Shown here one piece after another: positions 1-12,226 of a DNA stretch of 64,000 bases. This DNA comes from Selaginella moellendorffii (Eukaryota; Plantae; Lycopodiophyta): assembly GCF_000143415.4 (NCBI RefSeq), contig NW_003314264.1, forward strand, positions 3,455,435-3,519,434, written 5' to 3'. Position numbers and translations under genes: made by a program. The notes below the pieces were generated by a model. It saw nothing but the letters and a program-made list of their open reading frames with translations. It was not told where the DNA came from and searched no databases. Numbering within the stretch: the first letter of the stretch is position 1; every line of letters starts with the position of its first letter.

Positions 1-268
1 GATCACCGGAGCTCCAATCGTCAAATTTGGAACAAAATGCCTGTGGGATCACACAAGATCAGAGCTCTCCTAGGCCACATTTCTTACCCATCCTGCAAAA
101 CAACGCAATTCTCTCACTCGATCTCAAATGCGCTCGCTCGCAGCTGGGATCACATACCATAATGTCCATGTGTAGCCAATCCGCGCCGCAATCCAGCATG
201 CGCTGCGCCTCAGCTGCGAGATTGGCGAAGTCGGAGGAGAGCATCGAAGGCGCGATCTTGGCGCTCAT
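1..268 (-). CDS. RPE: Cytosolic ribulose-phosphate 3-epimerase, 5' part (exons 268-158, 92-88, 40-<1); continues off the window
   Basis: [37 protein letters not shown] + GATGG micro-exon + [14 protein letters not shown] rebuilds the canonical HxDIMDGHFVPN motif; GT-AG introns at 93-157 and 41-87. Confidence 0.93.
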
Positions 269-365
269 CTTGCAAATTGATCACGCACTTCGCACCCTAC
301 AAGCCCTTAAATTTTTATCAAAGATTTCATAGAGAAAGGTTTAGCTCGCACGTTTGATACAAGGC

Positions 366-446
366 GTTGACATGGCCGAGTTGGTCTAAGGCGCCAGATT
401 AAGGTTCTGGTCCGCAAGGGCGTGGGTTCGAATCCCACTGTCAACA
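366..446 (+). tRNA. tRNA-Leu (anticodon AAG)
   Basis: GTTGACA/TGTCAAC acceptor stem, A-box TGGCCGAGTTGG, anticodon arm CCAGA-TTAAGGT-TCTGG, long variable arm, GGTTCGAATCC T-loop, TTTT shortly downstream. Confidence 0.97.
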
Positions 447-580
447 ATCCCATTTTATCCTTGTTTAGGCTAGTTTTCTTAATACTATACTTAAACCAGT
501 GTTTTTTTCTAATCATATTATTATTTATTTTATTTCTACAAAAATAAACCAAACTTGATTAATAACATCTTATCCAAAAT

Positions 581-1922
581 CTAAGGCTGGGCACTAAGGC
601 TAGGGAAAAATGAGTAGCTACACTCTACATCATCAAACCTTCCTTGGTTTTGCTCGTAGCATGGAGCAATCCACGAAGAATCAATCATGTCATACGCAAA
701 AGGGTACAGTGTTCCAAAGGTGGCCTTCTTGTAGAAGCACGAGAACACCACCATATCCCCAGCTACCTCAAGCTTCCAATCGTGGTCCTCTTCCTCATGC
801 ATTGGCGAGCATGCCAAATCCCTCCACAGCACCCGCGACACAAGCACCCATCCCGCTAGCTCGTAATTTAACTCCCATATGGAAAATCCCAGCGAACGGT
901 AAGTTGTAACGTCTTGCCAAAACACCAGCTGCGAGGCTAGATAATACTTCCCCTTGTACGTGAATACGAGTCGGCTTAGGGGCGTCCAACCTTCCCAATC
1001 ACCTCCTCGATCGATCTCCGGATCAAGGTTTGCGATGGCCGCCCTGTCGTAGTGTGACCAGAGCCTGCTGCTAGGATCATACGCGAGAATGAGATGAGCC
1101 ACATGGTAAGTATAGATCGCATTGCCTCGAAGCGGTGATCCCTGCGATGTGTCGAAGGAGAAAGGCAGCCCACTCTCCCATATCCCTGCCTTGGAGTCGT
1201 ACTGCATAGGATAGACGAGGTACATTTTCTCGTCCGAGAAGAATTTCATACCATTCTCGTCAGCTGGGCCAGCATCACTATCCTTGGTGTAGAGCACCAC
1301 AATCTGATACGACCCCTGATCTTGATCGTGTAGCATGGAGATCGTCAGGGAAGGAGGGGGCAATACGTCGCATTCCTCGATGGGTGGAGGAGGGAGCGTT
1401 CTCCAGGAATTGGTGATAGGGTTCCCCACGGCCAGCGCCAACGAGGATTCGTGCTCCATAAGCCTGCCACAGACCAGCCCATTTGAAGAACAAAGGCCCA
1501 CGAAATGTGAGCCATGCGGTCCCATGGTCAAACAGCAGCTGGCTGGGCCGCCCTCTTTTGGACGCCACAGCTCGACATGGTTCTGCAGCGTCATCCGGTA
1601 ATCGTAGTAGTTATCGAAATCGCCACTGGCAAGGGAGAGGAAGAAAACTTGAAAGGAAAGGACTCAAGAATCTGCATACTTATACGTACATGTCATCTGG
1701 CACCTCTGTTCTGACCCGGAGTGCACACCATAGTTGCCGTAGCGACGGGCTGGACGCATACACTGTGGTGAAGCGCCGCGAGAGCACCGCGCGGTACCAT
1801 GACTTGCAGACGGCTCGCAGCCTGAAGAGATCTCGCAAGTTGTGCAAGAAGCTCAGGATGTAGAGCACCAAATCCTCTTCTTGCAAGCGCTCAAAAGCAC
1901 CACAACAGCAACTCTGATCCAT
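581..1922 (-). CDS. F-box protein with C-terminal beta-propeller/FBA-like region (exons 1922-1690, 1625-581; about 425 aa)
   Basis: N-terminal F-box LQEEDLVLYILSFL..LFRLRAVCKSW; a 64-nt GTACGT..CCAG intron joins it in frame to ORF 581-1594, which has SSNGLVC and VGNPITNSWRTLPPPP motifs. Confidence 0.85.
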
Positions 1923-1994
1923 TTTGACCGCAGAGAGGAAAATGGAATGGGATTGTTTATTTTAAAATATGACAGATCTATTTGTGGCATTCTT

Positions 1995-2300
1995 GGTTGA
2001 TAAGTTGAAGTTACAGGAGGTAACATTGTTCTTGATCCTCCACGGATATTGTGCAAGCTAATTCGAAAATGGGTCTGATTTGGGAGCAAGGAGGTGTGTT
2101 GAGTACATTCTCTGGATGGTACCGCGAGCTGGTGGTGCTTTAAGGGTGTTGTGATGGCTCCCATTCAATTGCAATTGGCTCCCCTTCAGGTTGCCGAGCT
2201 AGGCTAGCCATTAGATGCTCAAGGCAGGCAGCTTGCCAAACGCGAGTTCCTGAGTAGTGCTGGAAACAAGAGAACTTACAAGAATGGTGCTATAGTTTAT
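1995..2300 (-). pseudogene. Frameshifted duplicate of the secreted Cys-rich peptide gene at 3187-3579
   Basis: Different frames give FGKLPAL, HPENVLNTPPC and QTHFRISLHN, matching the intact copy; flanks 1932-1990 and 2290-2435 resemble 3103-3155 and 3575-3700. Confidence 0.7.
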
Positions 2301-3001
2301 TTTTCATACTACACACAGGTATATTCATAGTCCTATGCTTTTCAGTTGGGCATGACAGTAACTATAACACAATCAACATGAAGAGTTTGCAGTATTTCTT
2401 TGCATTTTTCCTTCATGATACGAGCAGTGTTGATGTTATACAATCTTAAAAATATTCTAAGAATATTTCTTTCTACCTTTCCATCTCACGTAAAAACTCA
2501 GCAAAATTTAAATAAATAATAGAAAGATCATTAAAACTACTTTTCATATAAAATATTTATAAAAATTAATAAATTTACTATTTTCAGAATAAAACTAATT
2601 ATTAAATTTTATATTTTTGCCAAAAAATAGTTTCTTTTATTAAAAATTAAAAATTTTTGATCACTTTTGATCTGCACAATCCTTGGCAACCATGATTCTA
2701 AATTACAGTTCACAAACAACCAACTTATCTTGTAGATTCAAAGCTTTTTCCCACATGCTTGCAAGATAATTGTGCATCTAAAAATGGATTTAGTTACAAA
2801 AATAAAAAACTTTGCTTAAACCATTTTTACTTTTTTAACAATCTACGTTTTATTTTAGTTTTAATAAAAGAATACTCTCGAATATCCTAGGAATATAATA
2901 GGATATGCCTAGAATCTATTAATTTACCGGAATTTGGGAGCCAAGCACTCCTTCTGGCTACAGCAATTGGGAAAAACGGAGCTGGATTATGGACCGCTGG
3001 T

Positions 3002-3095
3002 TTGTGGATGAGCAACAGCCGCTCAAGCGATGGTAACGAGAAGATCTTGGACGGGATGGGCCCACGGCTCTAGGCGATTGTAAGCGTCTTGAGCT
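3002..3095 (-). other. Captured fragment (about 95 bp) of the LRR-RLK coding sequence at 18482-18581
   Basis: 3002-3063 matches 18482-18543 with 5 mismatches, then AGGCGATTGTA and AGCGTCTTGAGCT also match. Confidence 0.85.
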
Positions 3096-3186
3096 TACTC
3101 AAACAGAAAATGGAATGTGATTGTTTATTATGTTTGACAGATTTATTTGTGGGATTTTCGGTGTTTATACAGCAGCTCTAGTAGTA

Positions 3187-3579
3187 TTACACATAGCAGC
3201 AGCCGTTCTCCACCGATGGGCTATTTTTTATGGAGCGCACACTGAAACATTGACCACGATAGGCGAAACCAGCTCCTTTGCAGTTATGGAGGCTACTTCG
3301 ATAGTGAGTCTGACTTTGCAAGCAGGGAGGTGTGTTGAGGACATTTTCGGGATGGCAACTTGCATACAGAGCTTCCCCGCGAGCTGATGGCGTCTTGGGA
3401 ATGGCGTCAAGGCTCACATTTGTGTCCCTGTGAGGTTGATGAGCTGATGTTGCCTCTCCAGTGCTGTTGAGGCTAGCCGACTGCTGCCCAAGAGCAGGCA
3501 ACTTAGGAAATTCGAGGTGAATAGTGGGAGAAACAAGTAGAGAAGTTGCAACAACAAGAAGAATAAGATATGCTGCCAT
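3187..3579 (-). CDS. Putative secreted small cysteine-rich protein (130 aa)
   Basis: Hydrophobic signal-like N-terminus MAAYLILLVVATSLLVS, polar pro-region, 6 Cys in the C-terminal 56 aa, TATA-like TTATAAATA about 35 nt upstream, and a decayed tandem paralog. Confidence 0.55.
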   Translation of the reverse strand: MAAYLILLVVATSLLVSPTIHLEFPKLPALGQQSASLNSTGEATSAHQPHRDTNVSLDAIPKTPSARGEALYASCHPENVLNTPPCLQSQTHYRSSLHNCKGAGFAYRGQCFSVRSIKNSPSVENGCCYV

Positions 3580-6500
3580 TATTTATTTTTGATAGTAGAC
3601 ATTGGAGTCATATTTATAATGAACTATAAAGAGTTTGCAGTACATTCACAAGCTTTATTTCTTCACATTCTTTTTGCATGATATGAGAGGTGTTGACCAG
3701 TTGTTCTTATTGCTCCATAGGTTTTTTTGGCGAATTTGTATCATTCAGAAATCCCGCAAGTAAATGTAGATTAAATCTTGGCAATAAGAGACAAGTTAAG
3801 CTTGGCTTGAAAACTTTTCTAGAAGTGGAGACATTGGCAGTTGATATGGATTGCCACCATCGCCTTGAGTGGCCTTGCAAGCACCCTCAAACGCTTTACT
3901 ACAAATAGTCGCCCATTCCATCTTTGTCCATCAACAGCTTCGTCACTCCCCTGAACATCCCACCTCAAGAAAACTTCTTGATTGAGAGAAAAAGAAAGAA
4001 AGAATGGAAGGGCGAGTTTCTTTCGCTTGATCATGGCTTCCAAATCTGGCTGGCGCTAGAATGTTTTCCATGTTTAAAAGAGTAAACTTGGTATGGGTAT
4101 CACGTCAGCAACAATGGACAGCCCCCGCAAACTTAGTAGATCTTGTCCCACTCATCATCATAAAACAGAAGAACTCGGAAGTCCGACGCTGCCACCATAT
4201 CTCCCATTCGGGCAGTTCATCTTGAGCAGTGCTAGGAGCCATCTGTATCACTGTATAATCTGACTAACTCACCGGACAGTCGTGGGATTTCATTTCAACG
4301 TGAAGCTGTGGTCTCATGTTCCAGTGCTTTTTTATCCTTCACATCTCCTGCAGAGACCACCTCCTAGACTCTGAAGATGGTTTCTCCAGATCATTATAAA
4401 CTCGGCAGGAAGGTAGCAGCTTGAGAATTAGATCACCTTACCAAGCCTCTGGCGGAGGGCGATGTGGCAGTTCCTCGTCCCAGTCATGCTGGGCTGAAAC
4501 CTTTGAGCTTCGTTCATACCTGAACCTGACATTGAGCTCCAGCTGCTTAAAATTTGGAAATGCGCATATCAAAACTTATTGGATCAGCTGGTTTAGGATT
4601 GTAGGCAAAAACGTGACAAATGTTTATATGGGTTTAAGGATTTTGAACAATGTGTATTAGAATAGCAGTAGTGGATATACCTAAAATATACTTAGAATTA
4701 TGGGATATTCTAATCATCCTTCTATATTTAAAAGAGTAAGGGTGACATATTCAATCGAGATTCTTTTCGAGAGATGAAGACACGTGGGAAAAACAGCTGA
4801 TAAATCCAATTGCCAATTCTATATCTCCAAAGCTACACTTGTCTGAAATTGTATATCTTTGAATCTGCTGTCCTATTCCAGCTTGAGTTACAGCTTTTGA
4901 TTTATTCTCTAACCAGAAGATCCTTAAAAGCGCCGAGAATTGTGAATATGAAAGCAATGAGTGTTCCAATTCGAGTGTCATCCTGCACTCACACAGCAAC
5001 AGATCTAATGTTCATCACATATCTTGGTTGGTTTGTGTGCTCAATGACACTGACTAACAGACCATTTCAGTATTTCCTTTAGCAGATCCCAAACTGCAAT
5101 AGAAGCATTGCTACTGTAAGAACAAAAATATTATTTTCTCTTGTGTTTTAAAGTTACTGCTGAGGTCATGGGAGCAGCAGCGCCTACAATTTTCAGACTC
5201 AAAGTAGGAGCAAGTAACTGATTTTCCATTCTCGCCCTGTTTCTTCTTGTTTGTACTGTTTTCTAGAAGATTAAGTGAAACATTTTGTCAAGTATGCCTT
5301 GTAAACCTGATTGGAAGCTTTGCTCAAGATGAAAAAGAAAACACTCTCTGGCACTGTCCAGCTTCCAGTGGAACTGTGGAAATGGATCAAGTTTCTCTAC
5401 TTCCTCATCTTATTGTGTCCCACTTATTGAATTGTGAGTGATTAGAAAGCTCTTTAAATTTATGATAACGAATTAAATATACAAAATTTTAGGAGACCAC
5501 TACTTCACTTTGGTTCTTTGGAATGATCCTGGTGAAAAACTTTGAGGCTTACAAAAGTGAACACTCAGAAGCAATCACATGTGGAAGCAGTGTTTTAAAA
5601 CTGATTACATGGTCCTTGCATGTTTATGGTCTAGAAGTCTACCCCTTGTCCCACTTGTCCATTTTGATTCTTTGGAGGATGAGAGAATGTAGGAGCTGGA
5701 AGACTACGCTGTTCAAAAGGCCGAGGAGACCACGGCTGCCAATTACAAAGCTCTCAATCTTGCTCAATAGATCACTTCCGTCATGCTTCATGAGCAGTGC
5801 TCATCAGATCTCGCACACTCACAATACTGTTGTAGACATTGATCACGAACTTAGCTGAGTCAATGACACTTTCTATCTGATTTCTCTTACCCATCACTTT
5901 TGAAAGTTTCATTGGATTCCATGGTGAGAAACTGCTCGGTAGTCTTGGAGGCCTTTTTTTGAGGACCAGACTCATAACATAGCAGGACCAATACTTTCTC
6001 TATGTGATTCATTCAAGAGAAAAACCTATCATATGGCGCAAAGATCCACTTTGGGATTGAACTGGAGTAACTCCAGAGGTGTGACTCATTACACAGCAGC
6101 CCTTGCTGACTCATTGTTCATTTCTGGGTCACATCATCTCCAAAGCCTCATCTTTTGTCACCCTATTTTTGGCGGCTATAACTTGGATATTGCTGGTTCC
6201 AGCAGAGACCTCTCTAGGAGTCGATAGTGTCTCCTAGATTTCCAATCCTTCTCCTGATGAGTAGCAAGCTTCCAGATTGAATGAGCAGTAAAACTTGCTT
6301 AGAACTTTTTACCATTACTCAACCCTGAGATACTCTTTGATCCTGGGAGCTGCCTACTTCTTCCCCAAAGAAAACAATGTTGTGAAAGTAGGGCTTTGCA
6401 AGGGAACTCTACTCTGGAAGCATTGAGAGGATAAAAACTAGCACCTCATGGCTACCTCTGCATAGTATCATTAGATACCATGAATCTAAGCAGTAAGAAA

Positions 6501-7999
6501 GCTAGGAATGCAAGCTAGGAGCATGAATGTTGGGCTAAAGGACCTGTTTCAAATGGCAAGAGCATGAATGGATATGTCAAGATTCGTGCTTGAGGTCGAG
6601 CACATGCCATGCGGTCATGTCCTCGGTGGGGCAGGACATGGCTACACTGTTGTCATTCATGCTTTTTTCTAACTGTTAAAAATGTTTTCTACACTAAGAA
6701 GCCTTTCTGTTGGCAGTATGGCACAGACCGATTGTGCTCCATAGAAGGTACAAGTCCTCCAAGGCTTCAAAGCTGCAATGCCTGCTTGGCTTCAATCAAA
6801 ACTTGTCTGGGTAAGCTATGACAATCTAAAAACGTTAAATCTATTAACCACTTAAGTAACACAAGTTCAGGAAATATTATTAGAACCTCAAAAATGAATA
6901 AATATTAATTTACAGAATCATTAAAGTATATTTTTATATCAGAAAACTAATTTACATTTACAGAGTTTTATATCTACTTCCCATCAGAGCTGGGATCCCT
7001 GATTTTATTTTCTGCTGGAATCCCTGCTAATCTTTTTTCATTTATTTTTAAATGATTACAAATTAAAAGCAAATTAATTATTTGTAAACTTGATTTCTCT
7101 TATAAAAGGCTTTGTGATTATTATTACTCTTATAGATTTTATAAATGCTCATAATAAATCTTAGAAACATACAATACACACTAATTTATTCTATGTTGCA
7201 CTATTAGCTATAAGTTTTCTATCCCAATAAAATGTTTTCAAATACTTATTTTGGTCCAGGGCAGCGGAGCTGGATTCCCTGCTAGTATAAATATATTTAT
7301 AATTTATAAACTTCCCTAAACATTTCCTAGTATATTTTAGTATCTGTGTGTTTATAAATTATGAACATGTTTATAATTACAATAATTCAGCCTAAACTAT
7401 TTGTAATCACAATTTTAGGGGAGGTACGGGAGGTGTATCTTGGGGTGGCCGGCCTGGTAAAAGTTTTTTAAAGTTTTAAATTTGCAAGCTTGCAAAATAT
7501 ATTTTAAAAAAAATATGTATGTTTAAATTGTTGTGACATATATGTGTGACTCACAAAATAATATTTTAAGCACAATTTTTATCTTATGCATTGCCCACCA
7601 CATATGCATGGTAAAGTTTAAATTAATACCACATATGCAATTTTATATAAATGGTTAACTTTATGTGTTTCTTACTAACAATGCTCATTCTTTAGTTGTT
7701 TTTCCTTGCATTGTGTAAATTTTAACTCCATGTTGGTTTTTTTTTACATGTCAACAAGGTTTAGACCTAGGGCTTGTGGGCATGATATTTTTCAGCACAT
7801 GAGCTAGATTTCTTAGCACATTTTGGATATTGTAAGTTAAGCTCACCATCACATTTCTTTGGTGAGAGTAATAAAAAACCCTTTACACAACAAACTATTA
7901 CAATGTCAAAAACTTCAACACATAATTAAAAATGTGAGATTAAGAACACAAGAAATCCACTTAAGAACAGTAGTACAAAACAATATTAAAACTGCTTTA

Positions 8000-8817
8000 A
8001 ACCATGCAATACAAAGGCTAATGCCAAATTTTTGAAGTTATATGACTACTCTCAAGGTGTGTTCAAGTTTTATTGCTAGAGAAGAAAGCAAGGAGATGGA
8101 TGGAAGTTTCATGAAACTAATAGCACTAGAGCAAGGTATGGATTTGCATTGCTAAATAGCTCAAAGCAACAAAAGTGGAAATAGGGATTCAAAGCTTGCA
8201 ACAATGTTGGGGCTTGGTAATTGGGATGAAGAGCTTATATAGAGATTTATCACTGTGGATTGGAGAGCAACTAAGTCATAATAATGTGTCTAGTTGACTT
8301 TTATTGCAAAGTTGGAACTATGGTCTTGGCTCAACAAGTTTTTGACTCAATACCATCAAAAAATCTTATGACCTAGACAATACTTGTAGCTAGATATGGT
8401 CACCAAAGAAATGTTGCCTTCATATTTAACAACTTTCACATTATGTAAGATCCCAACCTTCATTATGATAACTTTATATTCCTCTTGATTATCAACTCTT
8501 GTAGCCATGTGGGGCTTGTGAAACAAGGAAAGAAGTGTTTGTATGCAATAGAGATGAAATATAGGATTTTTTCTGGGCATGAGAACTACCATGGAGTGAT
8601 TGATCTCTTGGGACAAGTAAACCAATTAGATGAGGCAATAATGGTGTTAGAATCTATGCTTCTAGAGTTGAGTTGTGTAACTTGGGTTACCACTCTCAGT
8701 GCATGTAAGAAGTGGAAAAATATATAGATTGGGAAGATTGTGTATGAGACTTTGGTGAAGATTGATAAGAGGAATAAAGTTGTATATATGCTTATAGCTA
8801 ATTTATATAAAAATTAA
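8000..8817 (+). pseudogene. Decayed PLS-class PPR gene (L2/S2/E motifs)
   Basis: SCSHVGLVKQGKKCL..ENYHGVIDLLGQVNQLDEA..VTWVTTLSACK..YMLIANLY with stop codons; boundaries approximate. Confidence 0.75.
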
Positions 8818-9391
8818 CATTTTCATGCTTTCTGAAAGAACAAAAGTTGGTGGCCGTAACAGAAAATGCACTAATTAAGCACTTCATTGTAATGTGTGAT
8901 GTTGTGATAAGACAAGAAGTTCCTATTCAATACCTCAATTTTAGTAATGGTGCTTTTCATCCCACTAATCCATAGATCACTCATGAATTTCATCTTTAAT
9001 GATATTGTAAAGGAAAAGAATAGTTCTTGAATATTTATCTCACATATATAAATTAGCACTGTATACTTGCTTGCGTAAAAACTGCATTACGTAATTGCTC
9101 ATGTAAACATTCACTAGATTTTGTAGTGATATCATGTTATCTAGGATGACATGACATCAATTTTACAATCTAAGGTGTCATACCCATGCATATATGGTAT
9201 ACCCCATGTCATAATTATGTTTGGATTGCTTATATAGCAATCAAAAAGTGATTGTGTGCATAATATTTTTGCATGCAACTCAAAACATAAAAATAAATCT
9301 ATACATGTATAAATATATAATACTCCCATGTGCAAGTTGCCATACCTAAATCACATTTTTAAAAGTATGAAATAGTAGATGGACTATGATT

Positions 9392-9677
9392 NNNNNNNNN
9401 NNNNNNNNNNNNNNNNNNNNNNNNNNNNNNNNNNNNNNNNNNNNNNNNNNNNNNNNNNNNNNNNNNNNNNNNNNNNNNNNNNNNNNNNNNNNNNNNNNNN
9501 NNNNNNNNNNNNNNNNNNNNNNNNNNNNNNNNNNNNNNNNNNNNNNNNNNNNNNNNNNNNNNNNNNNNNNNNNNNNNNNNNNNNNNNNNNNNNNNNNNNN
9601 NNNNNNNNNNNNNNNNNNNNNNNNNNNNNNNNNNNNNNNNNNNNNNNNNNNNNNNNNNNNNNNNNNNNNNNNNNNNN
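9392..9677. other. Assembly gap (N run)
   Basis: Run of N. Confidence 1.
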
Positions 9678-10558
9678 AACTATAAGGACAACACAATAAT
9701 AGTTACCATAACTGTAGCACACGTTATCTCTCTCCCGTTAAGTCAACTGGAAAATGGGCAATTGCTTGATGAGAGAGCCCTTAGTGGCTATTTTATCCCT
9801 ATTTATCCCCCAAGGTTCCAAGAATCCACGGTGCTAGTATATCTAAATCTCATCCCATAATCACATGCGCTACAATAACTAAGTCACTTTATGGTCCAAT
9901 CTAATAAGTCTTAGCAGTTTTTATTTCTTTCTTTGCCGTGCTATCTTCACTAGAGCATCCTCACCACAACTTCATCTGAACACATTTAAATTTGAAACCA
10001 AACTCTAAATTTATTATACTATACAATGAATGCTAATACCCTATGAGCTTCTTTTGTTTAGCCCTTGCACCCTAAAATGGTGTCAAATGAAGTTTCAACA
10101 TACCAATAACTTAATGTAAGAAGGTGAGTACTCTAGCATAAACTAACGCAGCCAGTGAGAACCAAATTAGTGTCTCAGCCATGATTTTGGCCACTATACA
10201 TGTCAATTTAATAAAAAAACATCCTCTGTAAACCTGAAATAACTTTAAATTCCATATAGAAAACCACTTCATTTGAAAAGTTCCTAGCCAACACCAAAAT
10301 TCAAGTTTGAAAACCATTAACAATTTCAAATTTGGGAAATCTAAAGTATATGCAGCTGGTTTTTATATATGGTTTTTCTAGTAAAAACCATGGTCACCAG
10401 CTCCCTGTGGGTGAACCCCAATGACACAGAGTACCTTTGTTGATCTTGAACTGTGGCTGTGTGAAGTGGTAGTCAGAACTGGAAAACTAGTGAACCAGTT
10501 TGCAAAGTGTGTTATCTAGTTTAGTATAAAATCTTGCAAGATCTATCTTGGCACAGGT

Positions 10559-10791
10559 TGTTATGATCCGGCGCAAAAAGACAAAGATTTCGTTGCCCTA
10601 GACTATGCTACGCCACCTCTTGAGGTTCCTCACCACCCAACCACCCCCGAGCTACCTCAAAAGCTCCACTGCGCCGCCGCTCCACTGTGAGCCCTAGGGT
10701 AGGTTAAGTCCCTTACCCTAACATGCCTTAATCTACCCTTGAGCCTCCCTTTGACCCACGTTGACCACGTAGTCAAAGCTGGCGCCTAACA
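10559..10791 (-). repeat. 3' LTR of element 1
   Basis: Identical to 15226-15458. Confidence 0.97.
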
Positions 10792-10865
10792 ATTCTTCCC
10801 CCCCAACAAAGTCCTTGTCCCAAGGACGAGTTGTACCGGTGATCACCCTTTCTGGGGAATCCTGC

Positions 10866-12041
10866 TCAAGCTCCTGGTCCATTTTCCACAGCCGTATACA
10901 TCAAGGAGGCATTGGGCCCGTCACTCCGAGATAGTACACCTTTCAATTGGCTGACATAAAATACTGGATGAATTTTCACCCCAGCTGGCAGCCGCACCCG
11001 ATAAGCCGCTTTACCAATGCGCTCCAGCACTTCATATGGACCAGCATATCGATGGGAGAGTTTATCACTCTTCCCTATCCGTAAAGGCACCAAGGTGTTC
11101 CGCCGCTCACTTGACGGAAAGATCACTCGCACGAAGACGAGATCACCCACCTTATATTCCCGGAATTGGCGATGCTCATGAGCAAACTTCTCCGCTCTAT
11201 CCTGAGCTGCTTGCAAATTCCGTTTGCATACCACCAGAATCTCCTCAAGTTCTGTGGCCAGATCAGTTGCCTCGGAATCAAGCTTTTCTTGAACGTCCTT
11301 ACTCAAATGCAATCCCAACTCCACCGCTGTTCGAGGATGCCTTCCAAACATCGCAAAGTAAGGACTTAGCTTGGTTCCACTGTGTTGGCTATTGTTGTAA
11401 GCAAATTGCACCAACGGAAGATATAGATCCCACTGTCCTTGCCTTTGACCAATGCTACAACGTAGCATATCCTCCACCACCTGATTCACACGCTCAGTTT
11501 GCCCATCCGTCTGAGGATGATCTCCACTCGAGAGTTTCAAAGTCACTTGCATAGCCTTTGCAAAACTTTTCCAAAATCCACTGGTGAACTTTGAATCTCG
11601 ATCACTAATGATGTCCTCTGGCAAACCAAAATCAGGAAAAACCTTCTCCAAGTAAACCGCAGCCAAGTCTGAGGCAGTGACAGTCTTCCGAAGAGCCAAC
11701 AACCGCACATACTTCGTCAACCGATCTACTATGACCCATACTTGCTCCTTTTGCCTCTGTGTTCGTGGCAAACAAGTGATGAAGTCCATAGAGATACTAC
11801 ACCAACGGCTCTGAGGAATAGGTAAAGGTTGCAAAAGTCCCCCCGGCTTCTCCCGTGGCACCTTAACCCGCTGACAAAGCTCGCATGATTTACAATACTT
11901 GAGGATATCAGCCTTCATATTCCTCCAATAAAAGTTGCGCTTAATCAACTCATACGTCTTCTTCCCCCCAAAATGACCGGCCTCTGGACGATCATGATAG
12001 TGGAATAAAACTTGAGTAATTAACGCATCCACCCGTGGCAA
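10866..12041 (-). CDS. Integrase part of element 1 pol (HHCC, DDE, GPY/F; no chromodomain)
   Basis: HDRPEAGH..CELCQR, ISMDFI, IISDRD, HPQTDGQTER, AGPYEVLERIG. Confidence 0.93.
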   Translation of the reverse strand: MPRVDALITQVLFHYHDRPEAGHFGGKKTYELIKRNFYWRNMKADILKYCKSCELCQRVKVPREKPGGLLQPLPIPQSRWCSISMDFITCLPRTQRQKEQVWVIVDRLTKYVRLLALRKTVTASDLAAVYLEKVFPDFGLPEDIISDRDSKFTSGFWKSFAKAMQVTLKLSSGDHPQTDGQTERVNQVVEDMLRCSIGQRQGQWDLYLPLVQFAYNNSQHSGTKLSPYFAMFGRHPRTAVELGLHLSKDVQEKLDSEATDLATELEEILVVCKRNLQAAQDRAEKFAHEHRQFREYKVGDLVFVRVIFPSSERRNTLVPLRIGKSDKLSHRYAGPYEVLERIGKAAYRVRLPAGVKIHPVFYVSQLKGVLSRSDGPNASLMYTAVENGPGA

Positions 12042-12094
12042 ATAGACACGGCCATTGTAGTAGAGAATCCGGCGAAGGGTTCCTTGTCTACTGG

Positions 12095-12194
12095 NNNNNN
12101 NNNNNNNNNNNNNNNNNNNNNNNNNNNNNNNNNNNNNNNNNNNNNNNNNNNNNNNNNNNNNNNNNNNNNNNNNNNNNNNNNNNNNNNNNNNNNN
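12095..12194. other. Assembly gap (100 N) inside element 1 pol
   Basis: Run of N. Confidence 1.
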
Positions 12195-12226
12195 AAGGAA
12201 AAACCTCGCATACTAGCCGGGACCCG

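Noticed and set aside
3700-6800. Moderately GC-rich stretch with short ORFs that may be a decayed gene
   Set aside because: No motif recognisable in any frame; left unannotated
9346-9722. ORFs spanning N runs (also 12020-12353)
   Set aside because: Artefacts of assembly gaps
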